DNA from: Enterococcus phage vB_EfaS_785CS
Length of the DNA stretch: 40,946 nucleotides
Sequence record: MZ182246.1
Reading direction: 5' to 3' (one strand)
Every line of letters starts with the position of its first letter. Positions within the stretch are counted from its first letter, which is position 1. A program made the translations under genes and the position numbers. Positions 35,324-40,946 of the stretch are shown piece after piece. Below the pieces are notes generated by a model. That model was given only the letters and a program-made list of their open reading frames with translations, was not told where the DNA came from and did not search any database.

Positions 35324-35386
35324 ACCCCTTTAATATTATTTTTCTTACTAAAGATAGTATATCACGAACAAGGGAACTTGTGGGTG

Positions 35387-35974
35387 TTACTTGTATAACC
35401 CTAATAGGTTTAATTCTAATTCTAGTTTACGCTTTTGAAATTGTTTTGCTTCCTCTTCCATTTGTTCTAATGAACGTTTAGCCACACTAACATCTGTGTC
35501 TGCATATGCTGGAATTGAAACCAGTGAGATTTCAAATAGTGACTTGATTTGTTTGATAGTTCTGTGATTTATTCCATCAGCTTTGCGCCATTCATCTTTA
35601 GCAACTGTGAATCCAAACGAACACTGACTAAGGTCACCGCGTTTAACTAGTTCCATTGCATCACGTCCTACTGATGTATCAGGAAGTAATGCTCTAAATT
35701 TTAACCCAATGTCGTCAACCTCTAATGTTAATGTTCCACTCTTTGTCCGTCCTAATAACTTACTTGAATCATGGTCAACGAACATACGAACGTCACTCAT
35801 ATCAACACCATCTAATGCACGCTTATCTATGAACTCAATGAATCCACCTAAGTTTTCACTAGGTGAATCAAACTTTAAAGCGTAGCCTTCAACAATATTG
35901 TCTGTTACTGTTTCAACCTGTTGTAGTTGTCTAATTTCAAGATTCTTCACTTGCTGACACTCCTTCTTTTTCAT
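35387..35974 (-). CDS. prohead protease (HK97/S78 family)
   Basis: FIEFIDKRALDGVD...VDHD...LGR...GLKF...SFGF blocks. Confidence 0.8.
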   Translation of the reverse strand: MKKKECQQVKNLEIRQLQQVETVTDNIVEGYALKFDSPSENLGGFIEFIDKRALDGVDMSDVRMFVDHDSSKLLGRTKSGTLTLEVDDIGLKFRALLPDTSVGRDAMELVKRGDLSQCSFGFTVAKDEWRKADGINHRTIKQIKSLFEISLVSIPAYADTDVSVAKRSLEQMEEEAKQFQKRKLELELNLLGLYK

Positions 35975-37088
35975 CTACTTTCATTAATTCTTCACCTTCT
36001 TCAACATCTGCATAACCTAAATAGTCACGAATTTCGTTAGTCTTAATTGCTTTTAGCAACTCTTTATTCTGTTTGCCTTCAAAAACTCGTTTACGTCTAT
36101 CTTCATAGGTATCATTTAATAATGTTGTGAGGTCTAATTCTAACTCGTTACCTGTTTTAATTTCAATTTCATCACAGATAGCTCTTTCATATTGGCTAAT
36201 AGTTGAAGCAATATAGATGTCATTTGCACCACTATCTGTAGAGTTTACTAATTCCATACCAAAGCGGTTCAATGGAATACCTAATACTTTTGCAATCTGT
36301 TGTGTACTAAACTTGTTACCTTGAATCAGTTTAAGAATATCAGTATTCATTTTGTATTCTTGGAATTCTGTTGATTCGTCTAAGACAATAACACCATTAC
36401 TGTTAGTGCTACCACCGTTTGCCTTTTCAAAGTCCTGTCTGATTTTTGCTTTTGTTTCGTTATCAACGTAACCGCCTTTTAGTTTCAAGATACCTCCACC
36501 AAATACACCGTTGGCAAAGAACTTGCTTAAAATCTTACTACCGTTTGATTGCATAGCTACTTCATCTTTCAATGATAGTAAAGGACTTCTACCAAGGAAA
36601 CCATCTACAGTTGTAATTCTAAAGTGCAAAATATCTTCTGGTTTACATTTGTACATGATGCTACCATAGTCCATTGTTACGTCATAGGTCCATTCACCTG
36701 TTGTAACGTTTTGGATTACATTTACTTGTTCAGGTTTTACAAACTCCAAGCTCTCAACTACTCCTAATTTATCTCTGTGGATTAATGCATATGAGTTACC
36801 GCTTAGAATCAAGTTTGCTACTGTTGCGTACATGAACATGTAATGACTTTGTTTATTGTTTGGTCGTTTGTTAATCATTTTTAGAAATTGTTCATCAGCT
36901 TCACTATTCTTAGTTGGTCTAAATTTTGACTGTCCTAAGTCACCACTAATAATGTTGATACCTGTGAAAATGTCTGAATTACGTAATGCCTTTTCACCTG
37001 TGATTTCTGTTGAATAAATGTCACTGCTTTCGATAAAGTCAATGAAGTTCTGCTTTGTTGTGCTTCTAGGTGCGACAAAAACTCCCAT
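35937..37088 (-). CDS. portal protein (HK97 family)
   Basis: 383 aa, placed between TerL and the protease. Typical portal composition. Confidence 0.75.
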   Translation of the reverse strand: MGVFVAPRSTTKQNFIDFIESSDIYSTEITGEKALRNSDIFTGINIISGDLGQSKFRPTKNSEADEQFLKMINKRPNNKQSHYMFMYATVANLILSGNSYALIHRDKLGVVESLEFVKPEQVNVIQNVTTGEWTYDVTMDYGSIMYKCKPEDILHFRITTVDGFLGRSPLLSLKDEVAMQSNGSKILSKFFANGVFGGGILKLKGGYVDNETKAKIRQDFEKANGGSTNSNGVIVLDESTEFQEYKMNTDILKLIQGNKFSTQQIAKVLGIPLNRFGMELVNSTDSGANDIYIASTISQYERAICDEIEIKTGNELELDLTTLLNDTYEDRRKRVFEGKQNKELLKAIKTNEIRDYLGYADVEEGEELMKVDEKEGVSASEES

Positions 37089-37092
37089 TTAA

Positions 37093-37296
37093 TTATTCAC
37101 CTTCTCCCAATTCTTTGTATAAGATTACTGATGGAATTAATAATGCTACTGCTAAGGCTACTAAACCAGCTACTAAACCAGTGAAAAACATTGCTGTGAC
37201 TAGTGATAGCATACCTAAAACGTAGAAAATTACTACTAACAATACCGGATTTTGCATATTTACCCCTCCTATATACCCCATTTTACCACAAAACAA
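37093..37296 (-). CDS. small membrane protein between TerL and portal
   Basis: 67 aa, two hydrophobic helices. Confidence 0.4.
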   Translation of the reverse strand: MFCGKMGYIGGVNMQNPVLLVVIFYVLGMLSLVTAMFFTGLVAGLVALAVALLIPSVILYKELGEGE

Positions 37297-37326
37297 TAGA
37301 AAAAAGAGTGCTAGTTAAAGCACTCT

Positions 37327-39048
37327 TTATACACCAAATCCAAATTTACCTTCTTCAATCAGTTCTTTAAAGCTAATATACTCATAATCAAAGTACATTG
37401 CTTCACTCATTGCATTAATTAAGGCATCTATAGGGTCAATTTTGTTACGATTCATAGCCTTTTCAATAGCTATATTGTCCGCAAACTCACGCATAATAGC
37501 ATTATATACCGCTCTAGTTAGTAGTGGGTTATCTGTTTGAATCACTTCACCCTTGATAATTGCATCACGTAAGTACTTTGTAGGTGCATTTAAATACTGG
37601 ATGCGCTGTGGTACTTCAATTAGTTTGTCTGGAAAGTCCTTGCTTAAGTTGATTACAGATGGTGTTGCTTGGTGTCCGTCATAGTAAATACCTTGTAGGT
37701 CTAAGTCATACTCTGTTATGAACTCTCTTATCCATTCGCACATATCTTCATGGTCTATCAAACCATCTGGTCGCTGACTGATGTTTACTAGTCCTAAGTT
37801 CTCATACTGTCTATACGGTATCTTATCTTTTATCTGTTTAGCTTCAATACCGCCCACAGAGGCTATAAAAGCGTGACTGTCAAGAAGTAGCTTGCGTTCC
37901 TCTGCAATAGGTATCACCCAACTAACAGCCGTCATATCGCCTGTACGTGCCAAATCCAGCCCTATATAAACTGGTCTACCTTTTATGTCATACGGTTGTG
38001 TTTGTTTAACAGCTTCCCAAGATTCTTTATCAATGAAACTGTCTTGTGATGATTGTACCCAGAAGTTCATCTCTTTAGTTAGCCAACCACTCATGTCACC
38101 CTTAGCCTTATACTCTGCTAATGAGTTAACCTTATGTTCGTACATTGTTTCATGTAACTGTGCATTCTCAAATAATGGGTTGCTCTTAATCCAGTTAGCT
38201 TCATCATCTACTTCACTTAGGCTATCCATTTCCCAACACAATGCAAGGTAAGCATCAGCTTCCACTTCCTCATTAAGTAGCTTAGTTATAAATGGGTATT
38301 CTATGCTGTGCATTGGTCCATTCAAGTTTTTGGTTGTTGTACTAATAATCAAAATTAAACCTTGTAATTGTTGTGACTGTGAACTTTCTAATACCTCAAT
38401 CATGGCTGTGCTTTTAGCTTCTCCATACTCATCAAGTACACCACATAGCACGTCTAGTCCGTCTAAGCTATCTGCATCACTTGATAGTGGCTTAACCGTT
38501 GATTCATCTTCTAAGTGTTCAATGTCTTTCTTATTAACTTTGGTTACTTTCCTTGTTCCATCACTTACTGCACGCAATGCCTTTAGCTGTGATTTTAACA
38601 TGTTGAATACAATACCTGCTTGGTCTTTGGTGTTGGCGGCGGCGACTATCTGACGGCTTGCCTGTGGATATTGACCTAATAGAAACTCGTATAGTGAGAT
38701 ACCAGCAACCAGAATAGATTTTCCGTTCTTACGTGCTAAACTGATATATACTTTTCTGAATCTGCGCATTCCGTTTTTCTTTTTGCGCCACCCATATATC
38801 ATTGCAATAATAAACTTCTGGAACTTAGCTAGCTTATTTGTTTTGCGTGTCTTTGGGTCTGGTAGCATTTCAATAAAAACCACTGGTTCATAGGTTTCTT
38901 TTGGGTCGTAATAATATGGATACTCTGGGTCTTTTGATTTTTCTAAGTCCTTTTCATGACGTCTAATTGCTTGCTTGATTTTATTACCTATTGGTATTTG
39001 ATTATCTCTTATATAATCAATATAATCTTTTACAAAATCTTGATTCAT
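37327..39048 (-). CDS. terL: terminase large subunit
   Basis: 573 aa with Terminase_1-like organisation (N-terminal ATPase, C-terminal nuclease). RBS gaggaggtatgcaaaATG. Confidence 0.85.
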   Translation of the reverse strand: MNQDFVKDYIDYIRDNQIPIGNKIKQAIRRHEKDLEKSKDPEYPYYYDPKETYEPVVFIEMLPDPKTRKTNKLAKFQKFIIAMIYGWRKKKNGMRRFRKVYISLARKNGKSILVAGISLYEFLLGQYPQASRQIVAAANTKDQAGIVFNMLKSQLKALRAVSDGTRKVTKVNKKDIEHLEDESTVKPLSSDADSLDGLDVLCGVLDEYGEAKSTAMIEVLESSQSQQLQGLILIISTTTKNLNGPMHSIEYPFITKLLNEEVEADAYLALCWEMDSLSEVDDEANWIKSNPLFENAQLHETMYEHKVNSLAEYKAKGDMSGWLTKEMNFWVQSSQDSFIDKESWEAVKQTQPYDIKGRPVYIGLDLARTGDMTAVSWVIPIAEERKLLLDSHAFIASVGGIEAKQIKDKIPYRQYENLGLVNISQRPDGLIDHEDMCEWIREFITEYDLDLQGIYYDGHQATPSVINLSKDFPDKLIEVPQRIQYLNAPTKYLRDAIIKGEVIQTDNPLLTRAVYNAIMREFADNIAIEKAMNRNKIDPIDALINAMSEAMYFDYEYISFKELIEEGKFGFGV

Positions 39049-39070
39049 TTTGCATACCTCCTCATTCCCT

Positions 39071-39101
39071 ATTATAGCACAAATAAAAAGACTTAGGTCA
39101 T
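39071..39101 (-). promoter_or_regulatory. candidate promoter for terL (TGcTATAAT extended -10)
   Basis: The minus strand reads ...catgacctaagtctttttatttgTGCTATAATagggaatgaggagg. Confidence 0.35.
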
Positions 39102-39139
39102 GAGTTTATCCAAAGGGGATAACAAACTTACCTAAGTCA
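39081..39139 (-). terminator. long hairpin terminator inside the terS-terL intergenic region
   Basis: gacttaggt ... acctaagtc outer stem with nested agttt/aaact and atcc/ggat stems, then a U5 run on the minus strand. Confidence 0.5.
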
Positions 39140-39468
39140 ATTGGTCGCACTGCAACCGTTCTTCAATGATTAAGTGTTGTTATGTGGTTGGCTGACCTTC
39201 CACATACGGACACCCCCACAACACTTAATAGAGTTTTGCTCACTTGGTTAAGGAGTTAAGAGCATTCCTTTTTGTTAGGTTTTCACACCTATGGTTGCGC
39301 TACTGTTAAGCATAGTAGTTGCTACTCCTAGTATTCTTTTTACTTATCTAAGCCCCTAGGCGGGAGCAAGCTACAACCCTAGCCCGCTAACATGTACGCA
39401 ACTATTGGAGTAGTTGCGACTGAATAACATAGAATATCTTTTACATAAATACATTATAACACAAAATG
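39140..39468 (-). ncRNA. candidate structured noncoding RNA (unclassified)
   Basis: No ORF. GC-enriched relative to the flanks. Multiple perfect helices (cgcaacta/tagttgcg, taagtgttgt/acaacactta enclosing atgtgg/ccacat, cggg/cccg, aggt/acct). Confidence 0.3.
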
Positions 39469-39942
39469 TTAACCTTGTGCGCGCATTTTAAGCAACTGAC
39501 CTAATGGGTCGTTTGATTCGTTCTCTATTTCTTTTGGCGCTACCAGTTTTAATCTTGAATTGATAGTTAAACCTAAATCGTTTGTTGCACTTTTGATTTG
39601 CTTACTATAACCCATCATTGCGGTTACTTTGGGGTTTAGCTTTCCGTCTGATGTCACTTCACCCTCAATAGAAACCTCTTCTGCTAATTTACTATATAAG
39701 TAAACGTAGTTACAGTAAGAAACCATGGTCTGCGAATCTAACTCACTTAATGGTAAATCTCCTACGAATGCACCTATACGTTCCCACTCTGCGTAGGCTC
39801 CTCTTAATAATCCCATTGGGAAGTATGAAAAATCTAATGGTTCGTAGTTGTATAGTTTTTCTTCTTCTTTTTGTTTTTTTAGTCGTTCTTCTTCAGTAAA
39901 ATGTTTGCTACTTGCGTTAAGGAGTTTTTTTGGGCGACTCAC
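39469..39942 (-). CDS. terS: terminase small subunit (P27-like)
   Basis: 157 aa. The N-terminus MSRPKK..SKHFTEEE is typical of P27-family TerS. It lies immediately upstream of the terL region. Confidence 0.65.
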   Translation of the reverse strand: MSRPKKLLNASSKHFTEEERLKKQKEEEKLYNYEPLDFSYFPMGLLRGAYAEWERIGAFVGDLPLSELDSQTMVSYCNYVYLYSKLAEEVSIEGEVTSDGKLNPKVTAMMGYSKQIKSATNDLGLTINSRLKLVAPKEIENESNDPLGQLLKMRAQG

Positions 39943-40455
39943 TTAATTCACCTCCTTATATTGGAATACGTACCCCCCAGTCTGTCTTAGTTTACCGTGT
40001 AAACAGTTACTGATATTACCTTGACTAAGACCTAACCTTCTTGCACATTCACCCATTGACGGATACTCATTGCACTCACCACTTGTAATATCTATTGCTT
40101 TGATTTTGGTACCTTGAGATATCATCATTCTTTCAGTACGTGTTCCGTGATTATTATTTTCTTTAGGTGTAACCCATTCCAGGTTAGAGACCATGTTGTT
40201 TACTTTGTCTTCATCAATATGATTCACTTGTGGTTTATTTTCAGGGTTTGGTATGAAAGCTTCTGCTACTAATCTGTGGATTTTAAAATGTTTAGGTTTG
40301 TTATGTTTACATAAACGAACATCCCTATAACCATCCTTATCTACACATGGCTTCAAAATCCGTTCTGACTTATATTTAAAGCTTTTAACCCTTCCTAAAT
40401 TACTAACCTGATAATCTCCTTCATACCCTTCAATATCTTTCCAAATTTCAATCAT
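39943..40455 (-). CDS. HNH homing endonuclease (NUMOD4 + HNH_3)
   Basis: WKDIEGYEGDYQVSNLGRVKS. IHRLVAEAFIPN..VNHIDEDKVNNMVSNLEW. Confidence 0.85.
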   Translation of the reverse strand: MIEIWKDIEGYEGDYQVSNLGRVKSFKYKSERILKPCVDKDGYRDVRLCKHNKPKHFKIHRLVAEAFIPNPENKPQVNHIDEDKVNNMVSNLEWVTPKENNNHGTRTERMMISQGTKIKAIDITSGECNEYPSMGECARRLGLSQGNISNCLHGKLRQTGGYVFQYKEVN

Positions 40456-40485
40456 AATTGAATACCTCCTATTTATTATATCAAT

Positions 40486-40514
40486 AGTATAACATATTAT
40501 ATAGGAGGTGTCAA
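40486..40514 (-). promoter_or_regulatory. consensus promoter TTGACA-N17-TATACT driving the HNH-terS-terL operon
   Basis: The minus strand reads ttgacacctcctatataatatgttatact. Confidence 0.5.
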
Positions 40515-40779
40515 CTATACAACTTCAATAATTTCATAATGGTGATTCTTGCCACCTAACTTTGTTTTGACGTCTTTAAAAATAGCCCGATTTTTTATTA
40601 TAAAATCTATCTGCCTCAGTCTGTGATTTAAATGCTCTGGTTTGTTGTGTGCGTAAATCTTTTACCATAATAGGTTTCGGAGCTGGCATAGGGCTTTGTC
40701 ACCTACCTTTCATTATATATTTTAGTTTAAAAGAAAAACTCCCCTACCAATATTGTACCACAAAACTGTTGTTTGAGAA

Positions 40780-40946
40780 ACCAGGTTTTGTGCTGTTTAT
40801 GAGGGAGGAAATTCGTATTAGTGAGATTATGAAACAATCTGTGAAACGGTTGATATTATTGAAAAGAAACCAGTTTTTAATCGTGTTTTACGAGGGAAAA
40901 AGGCTGTTTTGAAACTTCGTAAAGGGAGATTCGTTTAAGCGAAAGT
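40780..40946. repeat. G-rich direct repeats (GAGGGAGG, CGAGGGAAAAAGG, AAAGGGAGATTCG) near the right window end; candidate cos/terminase recognition region, continuing at 1-110
   Basis: Direct repeats gagggaggaaattcgtattagtgaga (40801-) and aaagggagattcgtttaagcgaaa (40921-). Inverted C-rich copies ctccctccca (47-56) and tccctccca (71-79), plus cgagggggggtc (20-31), at the left end. Confidence 0.4.

Noticed and set aside
39049-39468. Looked for tRNA or tmRNA-like signatures (GTTCGA T-loop, cloverleaf spacing) and for an ORF-containing group I intron in the terS-terL gap.
   Set aside because: No T-loop or anticodon-arm pattern and no ORF were found. An intron is unlikely because it would have to lie between two complete genes rather than within one. 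The region is kept only as an unclassified structured RNA candidate.
40649-40912. 87-aa plus-strand ORF in the terminal noncoding region.
   Set aside because: It has no RBS and odd composition. It lies in the G-rich repeat region interpreted as cos or packaging DNA, and it is oriented against the flanking leftward operon.

Overview
The window reads as an essentially complete, AT-rich genome (about 41 kb) of a virulent siphovirus-type phage of a low-GC Gram-positive host. The evidence for this is that nearly every gene is preceded by an AGGAGG ribosome-binding site, and that no integrase or repressor gene is visible. The organisation is modular. Three short leftward genes on the minus strand (115-961) include a zinc-finger HNH endonuclease. 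An iteron-rich, AT-rich candidate replication origin and switch region (about 1117-1520) sits between divergent promoters. A long rightward early and replication block (1624-20334) follows. It carries many small hypothetical and membrane ORFs, a P4/D5-type primase ATPase split over two frames, a VRR-NUC nuclease, an SNF2-like helicase, a Prim-Pol, homing HNH endonucleases, an MBL-fold hydrolase, an SSB-like protein, a Dam-type methyltransferase, a family-B DNA polymerase split over two frames and an NrdH-like glutaredoxin. A convergent leftward late block (40455 down to 20376) holds a homing HNH, TerS, a structured noncoding region, TerL, a small membrane protein, portal, prohead protease, HK97-type capsid, head-tail connectors, major tail protein, the G and G-T tail chaperones with a -1 frameshift, a tape measure in two overlapping ORFs, Dit-like and Tal-like tail tip proteins, and a lysis cassette of an XhlA-like protein, a phiLC3-type holin and a signal-peptide amidase endolysin. 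The window ends (40780-40946 and 1-110) carry G-rich direct and inverted repeats consistent with a cos or terminase-recognition region. The most unusual signals are listed here. (1) A 420-nt, GC-enriched, hairpin-dense noncoding segment between terS and terL that ends in its own terminator and promoter. (2) A 64-nt near-identical repeat placed exactly at the 3' ends of the capsid gene and the major tail gene. (3) An array of about 16 GTAAC-core iterons with two palindromes. (4) Three essential genes (primase, DNA polymerase, tape measure) each split across reading frames, the tape measure at an A8 homopolymer. (5) A family of at least five HNH endonucleases plus one decayed remnant.
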